Part shown: positions 10,040 through 19,614 of the stretch, piece after piece
How the letters are laid out: each line of letters starts with the position of its first letter
How positions within the stretch are numbered: position 1 is the first letter of the stretch
DNA from: an uncultured Bacteroidales bacterium
GTDB taxonomy: Bacteria; Bacteroidota; Bacteroidia; Bacteroidales; Bacteroidaceae
Direction of reading: 5' to 3'
Length of the DNA: 64,000 nucleotides
NCBI GenBank assembly: GCA_902778265.1
Contig: CACYXI010000010.1
Coordinates: forward strand, 985 to 64,984
Program-made: the position numbers and the translations under genes
The notes under the pieces: model-generated
What the model was told of the DNA's origin: nothing
Databases searched by the model: none
What the model saw: the letters and a program-made list of their open reading frames with translations, nothing else

Positions 10040-11377
10040 TCATCCCCAATGAATATGTGGAATCCATAATGTGTTGCTATATGGCAGAGTCATACAGACT
10101 GATTCATTGCGGTCTTGCCTGTCTTCTGAAGACTCGACTCTATCATGAGTAGTCTCTTCTATAGTCTTGCCAGAAGGAGAATCTCTATCGGAACCAAGAT
10201 AACTCTTCTTCTGTAGAGTATGTCTAAGTTCTACTATAGTCTCCAGCTTGAAGATTGATGAGACTACATCATTCTTCAAGATAGACATATCGATGAGCAA
10301 TTCTGATATTGCGCCATATAGCTCATCATAGATAATATCTTTCGGGGAATCTAATGTAACAATCTTATATGAGTCGGTGCTTTGAGCACTGATTACTATC
10401 TCTTTTTCGTTGATTGTCGCAGTGAATAGTTTTTTTGACTTCGCCTTTACTATACTGCCCATATCCTTAATATCGAGAAGAATCCTTACATCATCATCGA
10501 CACCAATGTAGGCAGTAATTAGTCGCACTAATCCCTCTACATACAAGATTGCATCTTCTAGTTCTTCAGCAGATGAGACAACTATGTTAGCAGACTTATT
10601 AGTAGTCTGAGTGACAGTCACAGGAGTATTGCAAGAAGCCCCCTGCGTCATATGTGCAGAGACCTGTTTCATGAGACCAGCTCCCTGTATCTCACGAAGT
10701 TGTTTGTTCCCCTTGGCATGAACCTCAAGAATCATTTTTTCAAGATTCTCAATCTTGATCGTACCATTAATACGATTATACTTCTTACTTCCCACAGGGA
10801 GCTGAAGGAACTCTGTGCAATGGGTCTTACCATAGAGATCCCAATGCTGCAGACAGACATATCCGTCTTTCTTATTCCCCACCTTATTGGCAACACTCAC
10901 TGTTACAAGATTTTCACTAGCATCGGATACTGCGGCCAGAACCGCACTATCACTATTGCTATAGTTCTTGATTACAGCATCAACACACTTAGATGCAATT
11001 TCTTTCACTTTTTCAACTGATAGACTCAGGAATCTGATTTCTGAATCCGTAAAATAATTTTGCGGTTTCATATTTTTTGCATTTTGGTTTATAATAATTT
11101 CCTTTTTTGTTTTTTTTCTATTTAATAATGTATATTCAATCCTGGTCTTCTTGACCTTACCTTGATATACTACCACATATTCATATTCTTCTTCAGAAGT
11201 TTTAACGCACTGCGTAACACGGAACGAATGCGTGGCTCCTGTAGATACGACTCCCGCTATGCACTTCCGAAGAATATCATCGTGTGCATCAGTGGCAGAT
11301 GTATAGCCTCTGGAATAATGATCTAATCCACAGATGCAGATGCCTGCGTATTCGTATGTCATGTTATTTTGTTTCAT
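10040..11377 (-). CDS. Hypothetical protein (possibly two fused ORFs)
   Basis: 445-aa ORF; an internal A-rich segment precedes a second plausible start MKPQNY at ~11071. Confidence 0.65.
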   Translation of the reverse strand: MKQNNMTYEYAGICICGLDHYSRGYTSATDAHDDILRKCIAGVVSTGATHSFRVTQCVKTSEEEYEYVVVYQGKVKKTRIEYTLLNRKKTKKEIIINQNAKNMKPQNYFTDSEIRFLSLSVEKVKEIASKCVDAVIKNYSNSDSAVLAAVSDASENLVTVSVANKVGNKKDGYVCLQHWDLYGKTHCTEFLQLPVGSKKYNRINGTIKIENLEKMILEVHAKGNKQLREIQGAGLMKQVSAHMTQGASCNTPVTVTQTTNKSANIVVSSAEELEDAILYVEGLVRLITAYIGVDDDVRILLDIKDMGSIVKAKSKKLFTATINEKEIVISAQSTDSYKIVTLDSPKDIIYDELYGAISELLIDMSILKNDVVSSIFKLETIVELRHTLQKKSYLGSDRDSPSGKTIEETTHDRVESSEDRQDRNESVCMTLPYSNTLWIPHIHWG

Positions 11378-11448
11378 TTTTTAAAATTTTACATCTGCAA
11401 AGTTCGGGTTAAAAAAAATCAAAACCAAACAAAAAAAGGAAAAAAAAT

Positions 11449-11527
11449 TTTGACCCAAAAATACCCAACTTCGCCCCAAATTCTACCCAGTTATTACCCA
11501 ATTATTACCCAATTATTACCCAATTAT
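11449..11527. repeat. About seven 11-bp phased direct repeats with CCCA core
   Basis: tgacccaaaa atacccaactt cgccccaaatt ctacccagtta, then ttacccaatta x3. Confidence 0.8.
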
Positions 11528-11542
11528 TTCATTTACGATTAA

Positions 11543-11586
11543 AAAAAATCCGATAGAAACTTTTTGTTCCTATCGGATCTTTTTTA
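11543..11586. terminator. Bidirectional intrinsic terminator
   Basis: A-run, ATCCGATAG...CTATCGGAT stem, T-run. Confidence 0.75.
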
Positions 11587-11602
11587 GTATAGAATTCAAA
11601 TT

Positions 11603-13306
11603 TTATTTCTTCTCATCGACATATTTATCGACAAGGGCTTCTACTGCTTTTAGATAATCACCATTCAGTATTTTTGAATCTTTCCATTTGTCTATATAGC
11701 CCCTTAGCTCACTTTCTTTACCACTAAAAACTGAGTTAAGCTTCCTACCACTCCTTTTTGCTTTAAATATTCCACGGGATTTCAGTAATCCTATGAAACT
11801 ATATACCAATTCAAGATTGAATCCACCATCAAATGTATTAGGAATAATATCTGTAATATTATCCCTTGTATCTTCCAAATTCATGAACCCGTCTATTATG
11901 GTCTTAATACTTTCTTTGTAATCCTTGTTAACATGACGTCCGTCATATATCGGCATAATATACCGAATCGCTTTTGTTACAGCATTAGATACTTCGTCTC
12001 CTATTGTCCCCTGTTCTTCATTTTCTATCTGTTGTTTTATATAATTCAAACAGATTATCCCCTTGAACAAAGGATATTGGTCTTTATCATTATTTAATAT
12101 TAGAAGCTCGAATAAATCTGCAATGATATCCTTATCTCTTATTGATAGCAGCCCATCTGATGTATCATAAGAGAACAATATATTATAATAGCACTCTTCT
12201 GGGTCTGTGCCTTTCTTAGCTAAAGCTCTTTGTCGAATTCTATCCTTATAGTATAACTTATACTTTCGCCAGTCTGTAGTTCCATTAGCATCGCAATAAT
12301 CTTCATAGTCAGATTGAACTTCTTTCTCAAATTTCTCCTTATTTGCCTTTAAGTGTTCATTATATATGTCATATAGCAAGTTGGATACCTCCTTAAGAGC
12401 TTCATTGTCTTCGGAATGCCGAATCCTAAAACTATCAATTTCCAAATCTGTTATTAACAATTCATTGCGTTCTTTATGAGCATAATTCGAAAGAACAAAT
12501 GTATACTCTTTGTTTCCATCAGATTCTTTTGAATCTTTAATCTTAAAATGACACATTTCATTGGTTGTAGCTCCAGCCAATTGTTCAATTAAGGCAATTA
12601 GATTATAATGAACACATTTGTTTTTATAATTGGACACATGTAATGAGAATAGCAGTCTTTCATAGAATCTATTGTCTAATCCAATCGGTCTTCCATAAAG
12701 GCTCTTATATAGGTTAATATAAGGTCTCAATATTGTCAATTGTACTTCTGTTTTTACACCCAAATTGCCTATCTCAAATTGTCTCTTCAGAGCATAGTAA
12801 TACCTGCTCAAGAGATCTAGAAATGATTTTAGAAGTGCAGAATCCGGGTCTTTTGCCCTTCTGTTTCTTATGCCACTATTAAATGCATGATACAATAAGA
12901 CATCAATCCACTTCTCTGAAAGCAGTATCTCAGATGCACAAGGGGATAGTTTTGATGACTTATATTTTATAGAATAATCCTTAAGTAAAACAGACAGTTC
13001 TTTATCCACAGACTTTATTATACTATCTTTCATAAGACTACTATAAGTCTGTTCAATATTCCTATACTTATTGTAAGTGGATTTAGAGAAGAGACTGAAG
13101 TCTATTTCAAAAGCGGATTTGAATTGATCCACAAGATTTGTCTTCTCAGGAGACATGCTTTTCGACAGGATAATGTTCAAATCATCTTCTTCTAAAGAAA
13201 AGATAGGCTGAGAAGGATTAAACTCCAAAAAACATTTGGGAGCCAAATTACCATAGTCATGTTCTTCAAGTACATTACCATGTTCATTGAATGTCGTTAT
13301 TTTCAT
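11603..13306 (-). CDS. Hypothetical protein of the element
   Basis: 567-aa ORF with TATTTTTG promoter upstream; no motif recognised. Confidence 0.75.
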   Translation of the reverse strand: MKITTFNEHGNVLEEHDYGNLAPKCFLEFNPSQPIFSLEEDDLNIILSKSMSPEKTNLVDQFKSAFEIDFSLFSKSTYNKYRNIEQTYSSLMKDSIIKSVDKELSVLLKDYSIKYKSSKLSPCASEILLSEKWIDVLLYHAFNSGIRNRRAKDPDSALLKSFLDLLSRYYYALKRQFEIGNLGVKTEVQLTILRPYINLYKSLYGRPIGLDNRFYERLLFSLHVSNYKNKCVHYNLIALIEQLAGATTNEMCHFKIKDSKESDGNKEYTFVLSNYAHKERNELLITDLEIDSFRIRHSEDNEALKEVSNLLYDIYNEHLKANKEKFEKEVQSDYEDYCDANGTTDWRKYKLYYKDRIRQRALAKKGTDPEECYYNILFSYDTSDGLLSIRDKDIIADLFELLILNNDKDQYPLFKGIICLNYIKQQIENEEQGTIGDEVSNAVTKAIRYIMPIYDGRHVNKDYKESIKTIIDGFMNLEDTRDNITDIIPNTFDGGFNLELVYSFIGLLKSRGIFKAKRSGRKLNSVFSGKESELRGYIDKWKDSKILNGDYLKAVEALVDKYVDEKK

Positions 13307-13690
13307 AGCGTACTATTTTTAATGAATCAATATCGGTCTTTAATAAGTGTAGATGTTTATATGGGCAAAAATACGGAAAAAAGCTAAGATTACCAAAAAT
13401 CTTAATTTTCTTTAAGGAAAAAATGACATTTCTTCAACAAATGAGGTATTACCATACTTTTTGACAAGTATGTTGAATCTATTTTCATCAACCTTTATAC
13501 ATTATTATATATAGTGATAGATAAATAAAATAGGGTTTGATTCATTTTTTGGTGTGGGCAGTGACTGTTGTAATGACGGTTCTGTCCACTTTTTTTTGCT
13601 TTTTTAAAAACCAAACTCTAAAACTGGAGTATAAATATTGAGGGAACACATGTTCTCACATCTTAAAAAAATTAATTAAAAGAGTAAAAT

Positions 13691-15400
13691 ATGAAAACGA
13701 ACCCTAACTACAATTTCACGGTTTCGCTTAGCAAGGAACCGTACGAAAGCAAGCAAGAAACGACCGCTGCCATTATCGGTGGTGATGAGGGTAAGACAAT
13801 GAGACAAGATCTCGGAATGCATGATAAAGCATGCTTCATGAGTACTGCAACTACTCCTTCCGGTCTTCTTCATGCTGCACTTACTGGATATACTTTCTGC
13901 GGTGTTTTTTCAGACTTCCCGCCCAACAAATACGACAAAACCTACGTAAGGAAAGACGGGTGTTTTACGCTTTCTGGTAAGTCTAGTGAGTTCTTTTCTG
14001 GATCTTATTTTGTTGGTATTGACATAGATAAGACTCAGTATCAATCGATAGAACAATTTGTCGCTAAACTACAGTATAAGCCGACATTCTGGTATACATC
14101 ATATAGTCATCTACAATATGATGCATCTACAGGTAAGCCAAAAGGTCTAAGATTCCGTCTCATGTATGTATTCGATGAGGAAATACATAACAAATACTTC
14201 TTCAGATATTGCTCTTACAAGGTCCACAAAATGGTTGAATCATCAACAAATGAGTTAATTCATGATACATGTGGATTATGTTGTACACAGTACTTCAATG
14301 GTACTAACATATTCGATAAAACACTAAAAGTTGATTATGATTGCACTAACATAATATATTCATTGGCAGATTTCAACACAACTTTAGAAGAATTCATTAG
14401 TTTCTTAGGAAGTAATTGTATGTTAAAGAAAGTAGACAAGATACAAAAAAAAGAGATGCAACAACTAAAGTGTTCAATTATGTCCAAGATTCAATACACA
14501 ACAAAAACAACAACACAACAAGCAGTAATACTATCAGCTTCGGACATTTCTGAACACTCTACTACAGAGTCTATCCGTTTTAACTCTTTTCTAATCAAAG
14601 ATGCGGACAATCTTGAGTGGTCAGTCTTCCACAATAAGTATAAGCACTACTATGAGTATGTATATAGAACCGAACGAGAAGACTGGTCTTCTATCACCGA
14701 TTCTTTAGGTAACATAATCCAGTTCCAATACTGTGATGAAGATTATCTGGAATTAAAGTGGATCCCGAAAAAACTAAAAGATGGGCAACACAGAAAGAGA
14801 ACTTTATTCCATAGGGGGTGGCTGAGAAGACTCATTAAGCCCCAAATAACACCAGATGAATTGCTGTACAATCTTCTTTTCGACAGAGAGCATTTCTTTG
14901 ACAATTCTGACAAAGAACTAAGTGTATACCGGCTTCAGGAGATTGTAAGAGATTGTTTCGAATATGATATAGATGATTATAAGACACAATTCGAGCATAT
15001 CTACTATGATACAGTTGATAGGTGTAGAAAGAAGCAGATCATAATTCACAGGACTAGCAAAGGACTTATCAGAGCAAATTCACTTTGTAAAGAACTTCGG
15101 TGGAAGTTTCTGGACCAAGCATACAACAAGACTCTAAGTGTCAGTGAGAATCTGCAGATACTAAATGACAGTGACTTCATCATCAGTCGCTCTACTCTAT
15201 ATAACTACTGTGTTAACCGTGGTATTGTTACGAAAAAGAAAGCAGAAGATAAGTATCAAAGATTCATGGAACTTCACCAAGACTATATGTCATGTAGGGA
15301 AGAACAAAAGTATCTAGCAGATAATGACCTTCAATTGTCTCTGGGTACAATCCAAACTTACAGAAAGAGATTTGAGAGTGATTCTCCTAATATCTCCTAA
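13691..15400 (+). CDS. AEP-superfamily primase-polymerase-like replication protein with C-terminal HTH(s)
   Basis: VGIDID (DxD), YTSYSH, RFRLMYVFD, D...TQYFNG; C-terminal ISRSTLYNY and LSLGTIQTY HTH-like segments. Confidence 0.65.
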   Translation: MKTNPNYNFTVSLSKEPYESKQETTAAIIGGDEGKTMRQDLGMHDKACFMSTATTPSGLLHAALTGYTFCGVFSDFPPNKYDKTYVRKDGCFTLSGKSSEFFSGSYFVGIDIDKTQYQSIEQFVAKLQYKPTFWYTSYSHLQYDASTGKPKGLRFRLMYVFDEEIHNKYFFRYCSYKVHKMVESSTNELIHDTCGLCCTQYFNGTNIFDKTLKVDYDCTNIIYSLADFNTTLEEFISFLGSNCMLKKVDKIQKKEMQQLKCSIMSKIQYTTKTTTQQAVILSASDISEHSTTESIRFNSFLIKDADNLEWSVFHNKYKHYYEYVYRTEREDWSSITDSLGNIIQFQYCDEDYLELKWIPKKLKDGQHRKRTLFHRGWLRRLIKPQITPDELLYNLLFDREHFFDNSDKELSVYRLQEIVRDCFEYDIDDYKTQFEHIYYDTVDRCRKKQIIIHRTSKGLIRANSLCKELRWKFLDQAYNKTLSVSENLQILNDSDFIISRSTLYNYCVNRGIVTKKKAEDKYQRFMELHQDYMSCREEQKYLADNDLQLSLGTIQTYRKRFESDSPNIS

Positions 15401-15499
15401 CATATAGCTAAACTCTCCTAAATAACTGGTTATAAACGTTTCACATACGGACATTTGTGAAACGTTTTTTTTATCTTTGCAGCATAAAATATTAGTAAA

Positions 15500-16147
15500 A
15501 TGAAGAAAGTAGTGGCATATTACCGTGTAAGTACCAACGATCAAAATTTGGGCATAGAAGCTCAAAAGAGCATTGTTAAACAATACTGTGATCTTAATTC
15601 TGCGGAAATCATATCAGAATATGAAGAACATGAATCCGGTAAGAATAATCACAGAGTGCAGTTGGCTATTGCACTTGAAGAAACTGTCAAGACAGGTTCA
15701 TACTTAATTGTGGCTAAGATCGACCGACTTACACGTGTTGCATACTTCGGTCTTCGGTTGTGCGAAAAGTACAAAATCATTTTCTGTGATCACCCCACTA
15801 TGGGAACTCTTGAACAGAGTATTTACTTCGGCATGGCACAACAAGAACGAGAATACATTAGTCAAAGAACAAAGGCTGCATTAGCTGCTCTGAAATCAAA
15901 AGGCGTAAAACTTGGTGCTCCGAATGCTCACTTTACTAATGTTCAAAGAAGTATGGCTCTTAGTAGAAGAAAAAACAACTCTCGAAATAAAGAAGCTAAT
16001 AAGAAAGCATTTGCCATAGTTCGCATCATGACAGGTAACTGGTCTTACAAGGCAAGGTTTTTAAACGAAAACGGGTTCAAGACTTCCAAAGGCGGTATTT
16101 GGAGACCACAGCAAGTTCAAAGACTTGTTAAGATGATGAGTCTATAG
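15500..16147 (+). CDS. Serine recombinase (resolvase family)
   Basis: VAYYRVSTNDQ, ESGK, KIDRLTR, ISQRTKAAL, GVKLG; TATCTTTG promoter at ~15472; TAG stop. Confidence 0.92.
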   Translation: MKKVVAYYRVSTNDQNLGIEAQKSIVKQYCDLNSAEIISEYEEHESGKNNHRVQLAIALEETVKTGSYLIVAKIDRLTRVAYFGLRLCEKYKIIFCDHPTMGTLEQSIYFGMAQQEREYISQRTKAALAALKSKGVKLGAPNAHFTNVQRSMALSRRKNNSRNKEANKKAFAIVRIMTGNWSYKARFLNENGFKTSKGGIWRPQQVQRLVKMMSL

Positions 16148-16609
16148 CATAAAATAATACGTTTCCATATTATATATATTGTGTTAGAAAGGGATAATAC
16201 GAGATAAACATAACATTATTGTTAAATCCATTTTTTATAAAAAAGCTACTTGTTTCGCTGCAGAACAATATCTTTTAAAAACCGTAAAAAACAAATTGAG
16301 AATCCGTGGAAATGAAGTTTATTATTCTCGCATCCATAATACATATAGTCATTTCCTATTTTATATATTTAGAATTGGAGAGAAACTTAAACTGTGGGGA
16401 ATTAATGATATACATAAAATGTTATATGTCATCGAAACACTTCAAGACTATTATTTATCCAAGCAAATTCCTTATAATTAATTACTTGAAAAACATATTC
16501 ATTCAATATTATTTTTATATTGATTATTCATGCAAATAAATTTACAAAATGTTAAATATAGAATAGTCAAAATAGATAAATAATAAAAAGAAAAATTTAT
16601 TATAATAAT

Positions 16610-17407
16610 ATGGAATACTTTCCACACGAATCGGTTTACAAAAATGTCATGCACAATGTAGGCAAGATCGTTAAGGCAAGACTTAATGAGTCTTACAAAT
16701 CTGAAAAAATATCATTCTTCATGGAGCTAAGTAGAGAATACTTAGAGCGAATGAGAAATGAAGACTGCGGCTATCAGGCCTTAGGACTCAATGTCTATGG
16801 AATAACAAAACTGATATGCATTGAAGCGAACGCTGATATCTATGAATATGGAGTGTCAGAGTTCTATGACGTTGACTTGATTAGCGAACCTGAGATTATA
16901 TCTTCCGTAACAGACGAAGAATGCATTGGGTATATTAAGAACAATTTTTAGATTCTCAGGAATAACATATTCAAGCCTCAAAACAAGAAAAGATACTTCT
17001 TAATCTGTTATTCTATAGATGCAATAATGAGACATAATCAGAGTGCGATTTTTCTGAATCCATGCAAGTTTTAGTATGCACTAGAGATTAAACCAGATGC
17101 AATTGAAGATCAACTGATCAAGTATAATTGGCACAAGATTATTACCCAAGACAACAAGGATGAAAAGGAAGATATGGAAGACATGCCAGATGACCTACAA
17201 AGCTTGAATAATGAGTCTTCCTATAATGTAAATACCGCATTTAAGAGTCTTACTCGTTGTCTTCCCAAAAAGAACAGATACAATGCTACAAAGATTTATC
17301 AGAAGACCGCATAGTTAGTTGACTCTCTGAATGAATTATACTTGATTGAAGACAATAAGAAACTGATGACAAGAATCTTCATTTTACTAAAGGAGAGTAT
17401 TACATAA
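16610..17407 (+). CDS. Hypothetical protein, 265 codons with three in-frame TAG (putative TAG=Gln, table 15); 113 aa under the standard code
   Basis: Frame open from ATG 16610 to TAA 17405-17407 except TAG at 16949, 17072 and 17312; terminator immediately after the TAA. Confidence 0.75.
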
Positions 17408-17438
17408 CGAGACATTAAGCAAAAACTATAATGTCATT

Positions 17439-17480
17439 AAGAGTCTGCGAATTCTTGATCTCGTAGACTCTTTTCTTTTT
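17439..17480 (+). terminator. Intrinsic terminator closing the extended 16610-17407 gene
   Basis: AAGAGTCTGCGA...TCGTAGACTCTT followed by TTCTTTTT. Confidence 0.75.
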
Positions 17481-17531
17481 ATTGTAAGTCTTGTAATACT
17501 CTTCTTAGACTGCAGACTCATTCCTGTAACT

Positions 17532-18827
17532 TCATGTTGCCTCTGGTATGTCACTCCAGCGAGTGGTGTAACATGGACTTCTGAAATCATGCTTGATGCT
17601 GTCTTTGAACACACCAGCCTTACCTTTTCCGCCTTTAGCCGTATACTGCTGAGAAGCAAGAACAATCTTCTCTGAGCCATACTCACGATTTATCTTGTCA
17701 AGAATTTCATCGATGCGTTTTAGCTTCTCGAATCTTTCTTTATTATAGTCAATGAAGTTGGTCTGTATTCCAGAATCTGGACAAATACCCATGACTATGA
17801 CACCAGCTCTTTTATAACTATATCCTTGTCTGAAGATTCTCTCCATACATCTGGTGGCTGTCTGCACTATCTGTAATGTTGAATTCGAAGGAGTAAGAAG
17901 TCTTTCTTCTGCCATGTTCCAATACTGTGGTAAGTCTTCACGAAAATGATTAGTGTCTATGAATACACTAACAGTCTGAGCTACACTCTCCTGCTTTCTA
18001 AGTTTCTCAGCACATCTTGCAGCGAAGTTTGAGATGCTAGTACGTAGCGTTTCAATGTCCGACACCATTCCAGGGAAGCTACGAGAAGTACAGATACTCT
18101 TCTTCTTGCTCATCTCTTCCATAGGAATACAATCAATGCTGTTAAGTTCTTTCCAAGTTCTAATTGCAACTACATTATTCAAGTAGGCTCTAACCCAAGA
18201 CTCATCTTGATTGGCGAACTCGAATGCAGTCTTTACACCCATTCCTTGCAGACGTGCTGCATATCTTCTACCTATACCCCAAACCTCTTCAATCTCGTAT
18301 CTTTCGAGTGCCTTAATACGTTGTTCTTCAGTACCAATCATACAGCAATGATTGTACCCTTTGTAATGTTTGGCGTAATGACTTGCCATCTTTGCCAAGG
18401 TTTTAGTTGATGCAATTCCGATACTAACTGGCATTCTGGTTGCCTTCCAGATGAATGCGGATAGATCTTCTCCCCACTTCTTCAAGTCATAATTTTCCAT
18501 GCCTGCCATGTCACAGAAACCCTCATCTATGGAATATCTGTAGAATGTCGGTGAAGCTTTACGGACAAGAGACATAACACGGTCTGTAATATCACCGTAC
18601 AGTTCATAATTTGATGAAAAGACAGTGACTTCATCGTTAGGGAATCGTTCCTTCAACTGATAGTAAGGCAAGCCAGCCTTAATTCCAAGAGCCTTAGCTT
18701 CATTGCTTCTTGCTACCACACAACCGTCATTGTTTGAGAGTACGCAAACAGGCTTTCCAATCAGATCTGGTCGGAAAACACGCTCGCATGAAACGAAACA
18801 ATTATCACAATCAATGATAGCGTACAT
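17532..18827 (-). CDS. umuC: Y-family DNA polymerase V catalytic subunit
   Basis: IIDCDNCFVSCER, LSNNDGCVVARS, YSIDEGF, C-terminal SPCYTTRWSDIP. Confidence 0.95.
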   Translation of the reverse strand: MYAIIDCDNCFVSCERVFRPDLIGKPVCVLSNNDGCVVARSNEAKALGIKAGLPYYQLKERFPNDEVTVFSSNYELYGDITDRVMSLVRKASPTFYRYSIDEGFCDMAGMENYDLKKWGEDLSAFIWKATRMPVSIGIASTKTLAKMASHYAKHYKGYNHCCMIGTEEQRIKALERYEIEEVWGIGRRYAARLQGMGVKTAFEFANQDESWVRAYLNNVVAIRTWKELNSIDCIPMEEMSKKKSICTSRSFPGMVSDIETLRTSISNFAARCAEKLRKQESVAQTVSVFIDTNHFREDLPQYWNMAEERLLTPSNSTLQIVQTATRCMERIFRQGYSYKRAGVIVMGICPDSGIQTNFIDYNKERFEKLKRIDEILDKINREYGSEKIVLASQQYTAKGGKGKAGVFKDSIKHDFRSPCYTTRWSDIPEAT

Positions 18828-18834
18828 GTCTTTT

Positions 18835-19287
18835 TTATTTAATCTGGCGGTGAATGGATGTCACTTTTCCTTGAAGTATGAATTGGTCTTCAGGATGAAT
18901 TTTGATTGGTTCGAAGTCTGGGTTGGCAGGCATAAGACGCAAATATCCCTTGTCTTTAGTTGAAGTATCTAGAGTCTTGACTGTAAGACCACCATTTACG
19001 AAAGCCACAACTATGTTGCCATTATAAATCTCTTCCTGACGATCTACAAGACATATGTCTCCGTCTAGTATCCCCAGACCAATCATAGACTCACCCCTTA
19101 CTCGAACAAAGTAAGAAGCTTCGGGATGACTCACGAATTTCTCATTAAGATCAAGACTTTCGTGTTGGTAGTCCATTGCAGGAGAAGGGAAGCCAGCTGC
19201 AAGACCGTCAAAGAATGGGAGTTTTATTCGCTTGGCTTCCTCAAGACTTATATATTCTGCACTGTCTATTTGATTTTTATCTTTCAT
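18835..19287 (-). CDS. umuD: Pol V autoproteolytic subunit (S24 peptidase)
   Basis: AAGFPSPA cleavage site, GESM serine, TVK lysine. Confidence 0.93.
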   Translation of the reverse strand: MKDKNQIDSAEYISLEEAKRIKLPFFDGLAAGFPSPAMDYQHESLDLNEKFVSHPEASYFVRVRGESMIGLGILDGDICLVDRQEEIYNGNIVVAFVNGGLTVKTLDTSTKDKGYLRLMPANPDFEPIKIHPEDQFILQGKVTSIHRQIK

Positions 19288-19291
19288 ATTT

Positions 19292-19471
19292 CTAATCAGC
19301 CCATTCTTCAGCCGGAATGTTTTTTATTGGCATCACCGTGTCTTTCGTTTCTTTTACTACTGTATCTGCTACAATGCCATTGTCATATTCTTCCAAGTTG
19401 TCATAAGAAGTAAATGCGGAAAACATCATTATCAATGATGCACCAATAAGGGGTAGGAAAATTTTCTTCAT
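19292..19471 (-). CDS. Small putative exported protein upstream of umuD
   Basis: MKKIFLPLIGASLIMMFSAF signal-like N-terminus; TACTTTTG promoter at ~19505-19512. Confidence 0.55.
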   Translation of the reverse strand: MKKIFLPLIGASLIMMFSAFTSYDNLEEYDNGIVADTVVKETKDTVMPIKNIPAEEWAD

Positions 19472-19614
19472 AGGATTATTGTATATGTGTGATTTATATG
19501 ATTGCAAAAGTAATAAATTATTTCATAAACGCCAAATAATCTCTCGTATTTTTGCAAGATAATAAATGTTTTCAAGCATAAAGGATGATTCTTCATCTTA
19601 TTTCCCGATACCCT

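Noticed and set aside
16145-16210. TAG readthrough of the resolvase, the LlaJI-like gene or the 19292 ORF (whole island recoded)
   Set aside because: Each meets a TAA within about 5-20 codons, and the 19292 ORF is out of frame with umuD; these look like normal stops.
16296-16539. Short overlapping ORFs upstream of the recoded gene
   Set aside because: Extremely AT-rich, Ile/Tyr/Phe-biased, with no recognisable motif; not supportable as genes.
16949-17314. The three TAGs as m5C-deamination products (CAG to TAG) of the island methyltransferases
   Set aside because: The contexts TTTTAGATT, TTTTAGTAT and GCATAGTTA share no plausible methyltransferase site; ordinary decay is not fully excluded but would not be expected to give only TAG.
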